Made by a program: the position numbers and the translations under genes. A stretch of 64,000 nucleotides of DNA from an uncultured delta proteobacterium (GTDB lineage Bacteria > Myxococcota_A > Polyangia > Polyangiales > Polyangiaceae), in contig CAWDXG010000001.1 of assembly GCA_963806225.1 (NCBI GenBank), positions 576,001 through 640,000 of the forward strand. Direction: 5' to 3'. Of the stretch, positions 40,716 through 50,966 are shown in pieces. Numbering within the stretch: the stretch's first letter is position 1; every line of letters begins with the position of its first letter. Below the pieces are notes generated by a model that saw nothing but the letters and a program-made list of their open reading frames with translations, was not told the DNA's origin and did not search any database.

Positions 40716-41843
40716 TCAGCGGCCGCTGCTGTTCACGCCCGGCTCCGGCGACGGGGCCTGCTGGGGCGGGGCCTGCTGGGGGCTCGGGTTCGGCGCTTCC
40801 GACTGCACGCCTTTCGGCAGGGGCGTCGGCTTCAGGTCGAACGTCGACTTCGACTTCGACTTCGGCAGCTCGGGCGCGGCGGTCGGGAGCGGCGCGGTCT
40901 TCTTCCCGCCCAGCGAGTTCATCGTGTGCGGCTTCGGCGCTGGGGCGCTCTTGGCCGGCGGCGCGCTCTTCGCGGGCTCTGGGGGACTGGGGTGTAGCGC
41001 CGCCGAGGCCGCGCTCCGGGCCTGCTGCACGCGGGCGGCGTGATCGCCGTCGGGATCGAGCTGGCGCGCGGCGTCCAGGCCATCGAGGCAGCTCTGCCAG
41101 CGCCGGGCCGCGCAATCTTCCAGGGCGGCGCGCCTCAGCGAGCCGGCGCGCTCCAGCGGCGTCGGCTTGTGGGTCGGCTCATGCGCGATCTGCTGGGGAC
41201 TGGCCGGCGCCGTGTGCTTCTTCCACAGCTTCCAGAACAGCAGCGAGAGCCCGACCAGGGCGGCCACGGCCGCCAGCTCGGCCGCCCAGCGCCCGCGGAA
41301 ATGGCGGCGCAGCCTGGAGACCCGCTGCCGGATCCGCGGCGCGGGCAAGCTGGCCTCCGCGGCGATGCTCTCCAGCTTGTCGCCCTCGGCCTCGCGCAGC
41401 GCCCACTCCAGGGTGCGGTCGGCGCCCTCGCCGTCGGGCAGCTCGCGCTCCGCCCACCGCAACAGGTCGCGCGCGCTGTGGGGGGCGCTCTCGGCGGGCA
41501 CCTCGTCGCCGTGCCCCGGCTCCTGGGGCAGCTCGCGGCGCCCGCGCCGGAAGAAGTCGGCGATCTTGTTGCGGGCGATGCGATAGAGCCAGCGGTCGAG
41601 CTCCGCCGGATCGTCCGGTGTCTTCGGCGAGACCAGCGCATCGGCGAGCGTGGTCTGCACGATGTCCTCCACCTCCGACTCCGGGACGCGCGGCCGGACG
41701 AAGCGCAGCAGCGCCGCTCTCCGCGCCGGATCGGCCAGGAGAGCGCGGGCCCCGGGCGGCGGCTCCGGAGTGCCGGAAGAGCCGGAAATAGGCGGATCGT
41801 CGGGTGTGGAGGTCGTGCTCGCGGGCATCGGTTCTTTTCCCAT
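40716..41843 (-). CDS. ECF sigma factor fused to a TM helix and extracytoplasmic domain (start uncertain)
   Basis: Sigma2 EDIVQ..WLYRIARNKIADFFRR; sigma4 LESIAA..RQRVSRLRRHF; TM LAAVAALVGLSLLFW. Confidence 0.75.
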   Translation of the reverse strand: MGKEPMPASTTSTPDDPPISGSSGTPEPPPGARALLADPARRAALLRFVRPRVPESEVEDIVQTTLADALVSPKTPDDPAELDRWLYRIARNKIADFFRRGRRELPQEPGHGDEVPAESAPHSARDLLRWAERELPDGEGADRTLEWALREAEGDKLESIAAEASLPAPRIRQRVSRLRRHFRGRWAAELAAVAALVGLSLLFWKLWKKHTAPASPQQIAHEPTHKPTPLERAGSLRRAALEDCAARRWQSCLDGLDAARQLDPDGDHAARVQQARSAASAALHPSPPEPAKSAPPAKSAPAPKPHTMNSLGGKKTAPLPTAAPELPKSKSKSTFDLKPTPLPKGVQSEAPNPSPQQAPPQQAPSPEPGVNSSGR

Positions 41844-42064
41844 GACGATCATCGCGGCAGTGCCCCGGAGTGTGACAGCCCCCGGCCGATCCGGTTGCTG
41901 CCTGCCGCACTGCTCTCCCTTGCCGGCGACCTGGAGGTCCCCGCTCTCGAGTCTATCCGAGCCCGGACGGCGTGTGTGTGCGGCGTGGCTTCCGGTGCGG
42001 GAGCTCGCTCCAAATTTGCGCTGGCGCGCTGGACCCGGAGGCGATCGCCTGCGACGCTGCAAGG

Positions 42065-43477
42065 GTGGCGATAACGTCCGGAAGCGAGAGAGCGTCGGCG
42101 CCGGAAGGGCTCGGGTCCGGTCCGCGCGCGGCGCCGGCGAGCTGGGAGATCCTCCGCATGGTGCCGGGAGGCGACGGCTTCGCGCGTCTCGGTGACGGGC
42201 GCGTCGGATTCGCAAGCGGCGCGCTGCCGGGCGACGTCATCCATCCGATCGAGATCGACGATCGTCGCAGCTACGTGCGCGCGCTCACGTGGGAGTTGGT
42301 CGAGTCGGGCCCCGAACGCGTGAGCGCGCCGTGCCCGGTCGCGGATACGTGCGGCGGTTGTGACTGGATGCACCTGTCACGCGAGGCGCAGCTCCGCGCG
42401 AAGGCGGGTGTGCTGCGCGAAGCGCTGAGCCGGACCGGTGGTTTCCGCGAGCTGCCCGAATCGCTTCCGGTCGTGAGCGCTGGTCCCGACCTGCACTACC
42501 GCGGGCGCCTGCGCGTGCACGTCGACGACGCGGGACGCATCGGTCTGTTCGCGAGGCGCAGCCACCAGCTGATCGAGGTTCCCGGTTGTCCGGTGAGCCT
42601 GCCGGCGGTCGAGCAAGCGCTTCCGGCCTTGCGCGAAGCAGCGGCGCGACATCCGGGCGCTCTGTCGGCGCTGTCGGCGATCGAGATCCGCACGGCTCCT
42701 TCCGGCCCGCCGCTGGCGCTGGAGCTCGTGCCGCGCGACGGTCACCAGACGCTGCCGGCAAGCACCGCCGCCTTCCGCGACGAGCTCGCGGAAAAGTTCG
42801 CGGTCGGCGTCGAGCGCGAGCCGCAGGCGCGCCACGCTCCCGAGCCGGGCGACGAGCAGCGCTGGCCGCTTCCGGGCGGCGTGGAGCTATCGGCGCCGCT
42901 GGAGGCCTTTACGCAGGTCAACTGGAGCGTGAACAACGAGATGGTGCGCGCGGTGCTGGACGGAGCTCGCGAGCGGAACCTTGCCAGCTTCTGCGACCTG
43001 TACTGCGGGGCGGGCAATTTCGCGCTGCCGCTGCTTTCGGCGGGTCTGACCGGCATCGGGATCGACCGCGAACAGGCGGGCATCGAGGCAGCCCGTCGCT
43101 CGGCGCGCAGCGCAGGTCTGCCCGACTCGGGATTTCTTCCCGGGGACGTCGCGCACCGTGTCCGTTCGCTGGTGCGCAAGCGCCGCCGCTTCGATCTCGT
43201 GCTGCTCGATCCGCCGCGCAGTGGCGCGCGGGACGTGCTACCGGCCGTGGCGGATCTGGCGCCGCGCTACGTCGCGGTGTGCTCCTGCGATCCGGTTACG
43301 TTGGCGCGCGACCTCCGGGCGCTCGCCCGAAGCGGCTACGAGCTGGAAAGCGTGACCGGGTTCGACATGTTCCCGCACACGCACCATGTGGAAGCGTTGG
43401 CCTGGATGCGGCGCAAGGCGGAAGGCGGCGAGCACGCGATCAGCGCCTGGGAGCGCGAGCCGCGCAGCAATCGCTAG
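42065..43477 (+). CDS. RNA m5U methyltransferase, RlmD/TrmA family (start uncertain)
   Basis: CPVADTCGGC, FTQVN, DLYCGAG, LDPPRSG, SCDPVTLARDL, DMFPHTHHVE. Confidence 0.9.
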   Translation: MAITSGSERASAPEGLGSGPRAAPASWEILRMVPGGDGFARLGDGRVGFASGALPGDVIHPIEIDDRRSYVRALTWELVESGPERVSAPCPVADTCGGCDWMHLSREAQLRAKAGVLREALSRTGGFRELPESLPVVSAGPDLHYRGRLRVHVDDAGRIGLFARRSHQLIEVPGCPVSLPAVEQALPALREAAARHPGALSALSAIEIRTAPSGPPLALELVPRDGHQTLPASTAAFRDELAEKFAVGVEREPQARHAPEPGDEQRWPLPGGVELSAPLEAFTQVNWSVNNEMVRAVLDGARERNLASFCDLYCGAGNFALPLLSAGLTGIGIDREQAGIEAARRSARSAGLPDSGFLPGDVAHRVRSLVRKRRRFDLVLLDPPRSGARDVLPAVADLAPRYVAVCSCDPVTLARDLRALARSGYELESVTGFDMFPHTHHVEALAWMRRKAEGGEHAISAWEREPRSNR

Positions 43478-43501
43478 GTCCTGTCGGAAGGGGATGTGGA
43501 G

Positions 43502-44218
43502 ATGAGCGAACAGCCGAGCGCGGTGGTGATCGGAATTGGTCCGGGCCTGGGTGCCGCCGTGGCGCGGCGCTTCGCGCGCGGCGGCTACGCTGTCGGATTG
43601 ATGGCGCGCGGCGCCGACAAGCTCGAGCCGGTGGAGCGCGAGATCGCGGAGGCGGGCGGCCGCGCCGTGTCGGTGCCGGCGGACGCCTCGAATCCCCGCT
43701 CGCTGGCCGAGGCGTTCGCGCGGGTCAGGAGCGCTCTCGGCAAGCCCGAGGTGCTCGTGTACAACGCCGGCGCCTTCCAGATGGGTGGCCTGCTGGAGCT
43801 CGAACCCGAGGTATTCGAGCAGTGCTGGCGGGTGAACTGCGCGGGCGCGCTATACGCAGCGCAGCAGGTGCTGCCGGACATGGTCGCGGCGGGGCGCGGC
43901 AGCGTGCTCTTCACGGGAGCGACGGCCGCGCTGCGCGGTGGCGCGCGCTTCGCGGGGCTGGCGGTCGGCAAGTTCGGCCTGCGCGCGCTCGCGCAGTCGA
44001 TGGCGCGCGAGTTCGGGGCGCAGGGCGTCCACGTGGCCCATGTCGTCATCGACGGCCAGATCGACAGCCCGCGCGTCCGCGGCATGATGCCCAATCGAGC
44101 CACGGAGACGTTCCTCGCCCCCGACGACATCGCCGAGACGTACTGGCAGCTGCACCAGCAGAAGCCCAGCACCTGGACGCTCGAGCTCGACCTCAGGCCG
44201 CACGTCGAGAAGTTCTAG
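43502..44218 (+). CDS. SDR oxidoreductase
   Basis: GIGPGLG, YNAG, FTGATAALRG, HVVIDG. Confidence 0.9.
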   Translation: MSEQPSAVVIGIGPGLGAAVARRFARGGYAVGLMARGADKLEPVEREIAEAGGRAVSVPADASNPRSLAEAFARVRSALGKPEVLVYNAGAFQMGGLLELEPEVFEQCWRVNCAGALYAAQQVLPDMVAAGRGSVLFTGATAALRGGARFAGLAVGKFGLRALAQSMAREFGAQGVHVAHVVIDGQIDSPRVRGMMPNRATETFLAPDDIAETYWQLHQQKPSTWTLELDLRPHVEKF

Positions 44219-44291
44219 GAGGCGAAGGCCGCGGGCCGCCGCCGCCATGGGTACTGCTGCATGGCGAGGCTCGGGGTGCTGAACTCGCGGC

Positions 44292-45587
44292 TCAGGACCG
44301 CGCGTCGCGTGCGCCAGGGCCGCACAGCACCGGACGTGCACCCGGGGGAGCGAAGTGCCGGTCGACGATGTTGCGTGCGTGCGCCACCACGGCCTCGACG
44401 ATCGGAAACGAGAAGACCTCTCCGGTGTAGAAGGTGCGCTGATGCCCCTGGAGCGCCTCGAGCCGCTCCTGGAATCCAGCGCCCAGCTCCGCGCTGCCGA
44501 CGTGGGGGAAATAGTGCCAGGGCCTGGACAGCTCGATCCGCTCCACCGTGCCGCCGTGCCGCTGCACCACACGGCGCACTCCGGCCTCGATGCGCTCGCC
44601 GTCGTCAGCTCCGGTGCCGAAGGCATAGAAGAAGACCAGGTCGCTCTCCGGCCAGCGTCGATAGGCGAACATCGGCTGTCCCACGGCTTCGCGCTCGAGG
44701 TGCTCCTCCCAGAACATGTAGCGAGCGCGTGGGAAGTTCCGCACGATGGCGCCCACGGAGTAGTACGGGCAGTAGCGGATGCGCTCGATCAGACCGTGTT
44801 CCTCGGGGCTCGCCTCGAGGAACGTCAGCGCGCCGTCCAGCGGGCACGCCACGATCAGTGCGTCGTACTCGCGCGTTCCGGCGTCCGTTTCAACGACCAC
44901 CCGATCGCTTTCGCGAGTGACCTTGCGGACTTCTGCACCGGTGCGCACGTCGAGCCTGCTCGCGACCCGTTGCCACAATCCGCCGTAGCCCGTGTCGAGC
45001 AACTCGTAGAACGGCGCGCGGGCAACCGTCAGGTACTTCAGGACATAGCCCGCCGGCACCTCGTCGAAGAAGCCGTAGCCGAAACCGGTGACCCAGGGCT
45101 GGAGCAGCTCGGCGACGCGCTCCATTCGCTCGTCGCGGGCCCAATCGGCGAACGGCTGATGGAGCTCCGCGTCCATGCCGTCGATACCCGGTTCGAGCAG
45201 GCGCTTGTGTCGCTTGAGCGCGCGGCGCAGACGCGCCATCTCCGGCATGACCGACAACACTCCCCTGCCGCGCAGCAGCGGCGGGAAGAAGCCGCCGCGC
45301 ACGCCCCCCTGCTCCGCAAACCAGCCGCTGACCTTCGGGCGCGCGCGCACTCCGTGCTCGCGCATCAGGTCGCGGACGTTGAGGTACGCCGTCGTCATCG
45401 CCCCGGCGCCCACCTCGTACGTGTGCCCATCGTGGAGGATCGTCCAGCACTTGCCGCCGACGCGCGAGTCGCGCTCGAGGACGTCGACCGTGCGATAGCC
45501 GTGACGGACCAGCGCATGGGCTGCGGCGAGGCCGGCCGCTCCCGCGCCGATCACGCACACGCGCGTCGTTTCCGGATCTGGAGTCAT
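44292..45587 (-). CDS. FAD-dependent protein resembling polyunsaturated fatty acid isomerase (PAI)
   Basis: GAGAAG, VGGKC..YEVGA, FGYGFFDEVPAGYVLKYL, WHYFPHV, QG..TFYTGEVFSF. Confidence 0.7.
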   Translation of the reverse strand: MTPDPETTRVCVIGAGAAGLAAAHALVRHGYRTVDVLERDSRVGGKCWTILHDGHTYEVGAGAMTTAYLNVRDLMREHGVRARPKVSGWFAEQGGVRGGFFPPLLRGRGVLSVMPEMARLRRALKRHKRLLEPGIDGMDAELHQPFADWARDERMERVAELLQPWVTGFGYGFFDEVPAGYVLKYLTVARAPFYELLDTGYGGLWQRVASRLDVRTGAEVRKVTRESDRVVVETDAGTREYDALIVACPLDGALTFLEASPEEHGLIERIRYCPYYSVGAIVRNFPRARYMFWEEHLEREAVGQPMFAYRRWPESDLVFFYAFGTGADDGERIEAGVRRVVQRHGGTVERIELSRPWHYFPHVGSAELGAGFQERLEALQGHQRTFYTGEVFSFPIVEAVVAHARNIVDRHFAPPGARPVLCGPGARDARS

Positions 45588-45621
45588 GGTCGGACCTGGA
45601 GCACGCTCGGATTGTTTCCAG

Positions 45622-47421
45622 CTAGGCCCTGGCGCGGGAGATTTCGCTCCCCCAGGGGTGTTCGGCAAGCAGGCGATCGGCAGCCTGGCGTTTTTCTTCA
45701 TCTAGCTGTTCGGAGAACGCCTTGGCGAGCGCGACGGCGAACTCTCGCGCCGTTGACGGGCGATGCTCGCGGCGCTTGGCCAGCGCCAAGGCGAGCACAC
45801 GCTCGACATCAACGCCGACCCGCACCGCCTCGGACGGGCGTGGCGGCTGCACGAAAGCCACGTTGTACAGGGTCTGCACGCTGTCGGGTCCCATGAACGC
45901 CGGGCGCCCCGTCAGCACTCGATAGGCGACCACGCCCAGCGCGAAGACGTCGGAGCGATGATCAACGTCACCGCCGCGCGCCTGCTCCGGTGACATGTAG
46001 CTCGGGGTGCCGATCGCCGCGCCTCCGGTCAGCGTGGCCTGCCCATTGCGGAGCTTGGAGACGCCAAAGTCGAGCACCTTCCAGCGCTTGCGCGTGCCCT
46101 CGCTCGCGAGGAACAGGTTCTGCGGCTTGATGTCGCGATGCACGATGCCGTTCGACCGCGCCACTTCGAGGGCTTCGGCTACCTGCCGCACGAGCTCGAG
46201 CGTCCCCTTTTTGCTCATGCGCTTCTTCTTCCGCAAGCGTCTGGCGAGGTCCTCACCGGCCAGCAGCTCCATCGCCAGGAAGGGCGAGCCATCGTCGGCT
46301 CGCCCGGTTCCGAATAGACGCGTGACATGCGGCGAGCGGAGCGTCGCGGCGACTTCGGCTTCGCGCAGGAAACGTGTGAGCGCGCCTGGCTCGTCGAGCA
46401 TGCCCGGGTTCAGGAACTTGAGGGCAGCGGGTGTGCCGTCCGACCGCTGTGCGGCGTAGACCTCCCCCATGGCCCCGCGTCCAATCAACGAGTCCACCAT
46501 GTACCCGCCAACGGTCTGCCCGGTATAGCGACCGAGGCGCGCCGCCTGCTCCCGATCCAGGTCCGCGCGCGCTTCATCGAGCAGCGCCTGTCGTTGTTCG
46601 ATGCTTCTCGCGGCACCCTCGAGCCGCAGGAAGGCATCGCGTGTCGCCGCCCGGACGCGGTGAGCGGCCCAGAATGTTACCGCCAGGAAGAACTGCAGCT
46701 CGAGCGCGAGCACGATGAGACCCACGACATCGGGTCTATCGATCGCGACGAGACCCCGCTCCAGCGGCAGGACGCCTGCGATAGCCAGCCCGAACAGCAG
46801 CGAATAGCCCAGCGTGAAGGCCAGGTAGACGAGCCAGCCGAGTGGATTGTCGTCGCCGGAACCGTAGAAGAAGATACCGAGACACGCGGCAACGATCGTC
46901 CCGGAGAAGACTCCTACGGAGGCAGCGGCCGCGAGAACACAGGCCACGCCGCAGCACGCTTGAAACATGGCGAGCCGCCTGTCGTAGCGTTCGCGATCGC
47001 GGAATCTGAGCAGAAGCCAGAGGGTGATAGCGAGCGTGCCGCCATAGATGGCGGTACACACCGGCAGGTACGGAAGGTCTCGTGGAATCCACTCGGTAAC
47101 GAGCGCGCCTACGGCCACGATCGCCATGACCTTCATGATGGCGATGATGCGCTCGGCCTCCTCGCGCTTCAGGATCACCGTGCTGCGTGTGTGCAGCACG
47201 CGAGAGCCGCCGGTCCCCGAGGCGTCCGCGCTGAAGGTCGACCCGGATCCCGAGGCGTCCGCGCTGAAGGTCGACCCAAATCCTGAACGGCCGGCGGCAG
47301 AGCCCTCCGGCACCTCGATGACAGTGGGTGCTTCGTCCCCGGCCACATCGACAGAAGTGGGCGCTGCGTCCGCGGCCGCCGCGGAAGGGGGGGCGATGCT
47401 GTCGCTATCCAGTTCCGACAT
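45622..47421 (-). CDS. Membrane-bound Ser/Thr protein kinase
   Basis: Several N-terminal TM helices; GRGAMGEV, HRDIKPQN, DFG, GTPSYMSPE. Confidence 0.93.
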   Translation of the reverse strand: MSELDSDSIAPPSAAAADAAPTSVDVAGDEAPTVIEVPEGSAAGRSGFGSTFSADASGSGSTFSADASGTGGSRVLHTRSTVILKREEAERIIAIMKVMAIVAVGALVTEWIPRDLPYLPVCTAIYGGTLAITLWLLLRFRDRERYDRRLAMFQACCGVACVLAAAASVGVFSGTIVAACLGIFFYGSGDDNPLGWLVYLAFTLGYSLLFGLAIAGVLPLERGLVAIDRPDVVGLIVLALELQFFLAVTFWAAHRVRAATRDAFLRLEGAARSIEQRQALLDEARADLDREQAARLGRYTGQTVGGYMVDSLIGRGAMGEVYAAQRSDGTPAALKFLNPGMLDEPGALTRFLREAEVAATLRSPHVTRLFGTGRADDGSPFLAMELLAGEDLARRLRKKKRMSKKGTLELVRQVAEALEVARSNGIVHRDIKPQNLFLASEGTRKRWKVLDFGVSKLRNGQATLTGGAAIGTPSYMSPEQARGGDVDHRSDVFALGVVAYRVLTGRPAFMGPDSVQTLYNVAFVQPPRPSEAVRVGVDVERVLALALAKRREHRPSTAREFAVALAKAFSEQLDEEKRQAADRLLAEHPWGSEISRARA

Positions 47422-47739
47422 TTGCCTGTTCAACCCCGACTGCGGTTGGTCGCGACCACCACGTGTCGGGAGGCACCCGTCCCCGGCGTGTCGGTTTGCC
47501 CGACGCCACCGGGGTCATGGCGATAGTAGCTCGCCGCCGCACTTCGGGGCTACTGGCAAGCGTTGGCCTGCGGCACCCGGGGCTGGCTAGGCTGGAATCG
47601 GCGCACATCGAGCGCGGGCGTGCTTTGGCCCGCCCAGACGACATCGACGTAGCGCTCGAGCTCGCTGCCGGCGTCCGGAAGCGACCGCCCTTGCACCGAC
47701 GTGTCCAGCGCGTTCGCCGGAATCGTCGGCGAGCGGGCG

Positions 47740-48282
47740 CTAGAAGGCGAAGTCCGCCGGGCGCGGGCCGCCGCCGCCGTGCCGGCCGCGGTACTGCTGC
47801 ATGGCCTGGTGCAGGCGGCGCTGCATGCGGCGCAGTGCGACGGCCAGCTTGGCCTGCTGCTTGGGCGTGAGCAGGCGGCTGACCTCGTTGATCTCGCGAT
47901 CGCGCAGCGCATCGAGCTGCTTCTTGGCGCTGCGCATGCCGGCGATCTCGCGGCGGTAGGCGTTCTGGTCGTTGCTGTCCGCCTTGAGCAGCTTGCCGAT
48001 GGCCTGGCGGTGCGCGCGCATCTGCTTCTGCAGCGCCTGGCGCTTGGGGCGATAGCGATCGAGGATGCCCTCGACCAGTCGGGCGTGCTTCTCGTCGAGG
48101 CCCACGCGCTTGCGCAGGACCTCGCCGCGGATCTTCTTCAGCCGCGCTTCGATCTTGGCGCGCTTCTGGGCCTTCGCCTGGGTGGCGGCGGGCGGAGCGC
48201 CGGGACGCGCGAGGGCGGGCGCGGCCACGGAGAGCGCCAGGGCTGCGGGCAGGACGAAGCGGGCGATGCGGGTCTGGAACAT
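47740..48282 (-). CDS. Spy/CpxP-like periplasmic protein
   Basis: Signal peptide; basic helical protein; LTPKQQAK motif. Confidence 0.75.
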   Translation of the reverse strand: MFQTRIARFVLPAALALSVAAPALARPGAPPAATQAKAQKRAKIEARLKKIRGEVLRKRVGLDEKHARLVEGILDRYRPKRQALQKQMRAHRQAIGKLLKADSNDQNAYRREIAGMRSAKKQLDALRDREINEVSRLLTPKQQAKLAVALRRMQRRLHQAMQQYRGRHGGGGPRPADFAF

Positions 48283-48346
48283 GATGGGCTCCTGGGAAGC
48301 GGGATTCCGTGGAATTGATGCCGCGCGGGGCGCAGGCGTTAGAGCG

Positions 48347-48853
48347 TCAACCTCCGCTCTTCAGCACGCTGTCCGTCGCGTACAGCCAGGCGTCGAGGTC
48401 GTCGTCCTGCGACGGGCCGTAGAGCGGGTCGAGGCTGATGGCGGCGGTCGCCGTCGCGTCGCTGTCATCGAATGCTGCGGCCAGATCAGCCGTGTCGGAG
48501 TCGCCGGTCGCTGCCGGAGCTGCTGGAGTCGCGGGAGCCGTCGGTGTCTTGGCGACCTTCTCCGGCACATGCGCTACCAGGGCCGGATGCGTCGCGCCGG
48601 ACGCCACGGCCCCTGCGCGCGGGTGCTTCAACGAGGGAGACAGCACGAACACCAGCGCGGCCACGGCCGCGGCCATGCCCGGCGCCCAGAAAAAGAGCGA
48701 GTGCCAACGCGGACGCCGCTTCACGTGCGCCGGGATGTCGGCGGCGCGCGCGCTCAGTTTGGTCAGCGTCGGGCCGGACGGCTTGTCGGCCGTGGCGTCG
48801 AACAGCTGCAGGAGCTCCTGCTCTTCATCGTGGACGGGCTGGTCCGGTTTCAT
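48347..48853 (-). CDS. Putative anti-sigma factor
   Basis: Single TM helix; ATGA overlap with the ECF gene. Confidence 0.6.
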   Translation of the reverse strand: MKPDQPVHDEEQELLQLFDATADKPSGPTLTKLSARAADIPAHVKRRPRWHSLFFWAPGMAAAVAALVFVLSPSLKHPRAGAVASGATHPALVAHVPEKVAKTPTAPATPAAPAATGDSDTADLAAAFDDSDATATAAISLDPLYGPSQDDDLDAWLYATDSVLKSGG

Positions 48854-49473
48854 GATTCCTGCTCCCCGGTGGCGACGACTTCACCGAGCTTTTCGCGTAG
48901 CTCCTTGAGTGCCAGGTGCACGAGCACGCGTGCCGAGCCCTCGGTCGAACCGACGGCCTTCGCGATTTCGTCGTACGACATGCCGGCGTCGAGCCTGAGC
49001 ATCGCGACCTCGCGCCGCTTCTTCGGCAGGCTCGACAGTACCTCGCGGATGCGGGCGCGCGTCCGCGCCGCATCGAGCAGCTCGCCGGGACCCGCCGGAT
49101 GCTCGGGCGTGTCCGCGACCTCTTCGCGAACCCTGCGGCGGCGCTCGCCGCGCAGCAGGGTGTGGGCCTTGCGGACGGCGATGGCCGCCAAGAACGCCTT
49201 GAGCGAGGTACCGGGCTGGTAGCGGTCGAGCCGTTGGTAGGCGACGGTGAGCGCTTCCTGCACCGCGTCCTCGGCGAGCGCTGCACCGCCGCAGGCGCGC
49301 GCCGCGATGCGGTAGAGCATCGACAGGTGGGGCTGCACCAGCGAAGCGAAGGCGCGACCGTCACCATCGAGGGCGCGGGCGACGAGCTCGTGCTCGACGG
49401 ACAAGGTGGGGCCTTTTTCGCAAGCCTTTGCGGGCAGCGCCAGGGACAGGGCGGTGGGAGCGCTCGTCGACAT
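48850..49473 (-). CDS. ECF RNA polymerase sigma factor
   Basis: AEDAVQEA and GMSYDEIAKAVG. Confidence 0.9.
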   Translation of the reverse strand: MSTSAPTALSLALPAKACEKGPTLSVEHELVARALDGDGRAFASLVQPHLSMLYRIAARACGGAALAEDAVQEALTVAYQRLDRYQPGTSLKAFLAAIAVRKAHTLLRGERRRRVREEVADTPEHPAGPGELLDAARTRARIREVLSSLPKKRREVAMLRLDAGMSYDEIAKAVGSTEGSARVLVHLALKELREKLGEVVATGEQES

Positions 49474-49584
49474 GCCACCCGTGCATGTCCGGCGCTCGCT
49501 ACTGCGTTAAAACGTGTAGGAAATGCCTGACATTACGGATAGATGGCGCGGCGGAACCCGGGGCGCGGCAGCGCGCCCGCGGCC

Positions 49585-50892
49585 TCACATCGCCCAGTAC
49601 TTCTCGTCGTCCAGGCCGTCTTCGCGCTCGGGCAGCCCGCGGGTGAGCCTCGGCGACGACTGCACGAGCACCTCGTAGCTCACGCGGTTGGCGTAGCGGC
49701 AGACCTGGCTCATGGACGAATAGGTCAAGAAATCACGGACGTGCTTGGCCGAGCTGGGCACGCGCGCGCGGTGATAGCAGTTCGCCGAGATGTCGTGCAG
49801 GAGCGCCGACAGCGCGGCGTCCCCCGCGCCGTTCGCGCTGGTGATCTGCCCCGGGCCGCCGTGGTAGGGCGCGATGTGCGCGAACACCTTCACGGGAGTT
49901 TCGCACGCTTGTCGGAGCATGGGCCGGCTGAACTCGTAGCGGTTGAACTCGGCGATCGCGCCGGGCAGGAGCGGATAGCGCGTCTGGCGCTTCGCCGCGT
50001 CGTCGGTGTAGCCGGCGAGGTAGAGACCGATCGGGCCTGCTGTGCACAGCACGAGGTCGGCCCACTCCAGCGCGCGTTCGCACGCGAGCAGCGGATCCTC
50101 CGCACGCGTCAGCGCCTCGCCCTCTTCTTCATTCATGGCGAGGATGTCCACGCTCTCCGCGATGAAGCTCTGCCAGAACTCCGGCCGCTCGGCGATGACG
50201 AAGCGGGTGCCCAGGGTGAGCACCACCGGCACGCCGTTCTTCTTCGCGAGCGACACGGCGCGCCGCGTCGCCTCCGGCATCGGTTCGCCGTCGCCCGCCC
50301 GCATCAAGTACGCGGAGATGACCAGGGCGGCGGCGCTGTCGAAGATCGACTCCGGCACGCTTTCGGGGGAAAACTGATTCATCCTCCCCGCGCTGATGGC
50401 GAAGGTGCGCTCGCCATCGGGCGTGATCAGAGCGAAGCAGCGACCGATAGGGCCGTCGACGGGCTGCAGATGGTCGAGGCTCACGCGGCTCGAGGTGCTC
50501 GACAGATAGCGATAGCCCGAGGTGCCAAAGCGGATCGGGTCGCTCATCACGCCGAGCAGGATGGCCGCGTCGTCGGCGAGGAGCGAGTAGTTGTGCAGCG
50601 TGTTGCCCACGGTTCCGCCGGCGAACTCGTAGGCGATCTGCCCGCTGGCAAACAGCTCGTCGTAGAGCGCGAGCGCGCGCTCGTCAGGAACGACGGTGGA
50701 GCCGCCCTTCGGGAGCTCGTAGCGTGCAAGCAGCTCGTCGGAGACGCGCGCGTCGATGTCGACCAGCGTCTGGTCGATGCCCACGATGTGGATCTTCGCT
50801 TCCGGGGCGTCGAGGCCCGCGTGATGGAGCAGCGGGTCCCGCTCGTGGACCGGAAAGTAGTGCTTGTGCTTGCGTCGTCCGGGAAAGCGCAC
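49585..50892 (-). CDS. gsk: Inosine/guanosine kinase
   Basis: (M)RFPGRRKHKHYFPV, GIDQTLVDI, GGTVGNTLHNYS, NGAGDAAL, SPRLTRGLPEREDGL; 435 aa, closely resembles E. coli Gsk. Confidence 0.9.
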   Translation of the reverse strand: MRFPGRRKHKHYFPVHERDPLLHHAGLDAPEAKIHIVGIDQTLVDIDARVSDELLARYELPKGGSTVVPDERALALYDELFASGQIAYEFAGGTVGNTLHNYSLLADDAAILLGVMSDPIRFGTSGYRYLSSTSSRVSLDHLQPVDGPIGRCFALITPDGERTFAISAGRMNQFSPESVPESIFDSAAALVISAYLMRAGDGEPMPEATRRAVSLAKKNGVPVVLTLGTRFVIAERPEFWQSFIAESVDILAMNEEEGEALTRAEDPLLACERALEWADLVLCTAGPIGLYLAGYTDDAAKRQTRYPLLPGAIAEFNRYEFSRPMLRQACETPVKVFAHIAPYHGGPGQITSANGAGDAALSALLHDISANCYHRARVPSSAKHVRDFLTYSSMSQVCRYANRVSYEVLVQSSPRLTRGLPEREDGLDDEKYWAM

Positions 50893-50966
50893 CAGGCCTC
50901 GTTTCCGGCCGAGTCTACCAGATAGGCGGCGCGCATCGACCGCCGAGAGAGCGAGTTCGCGTCTGG

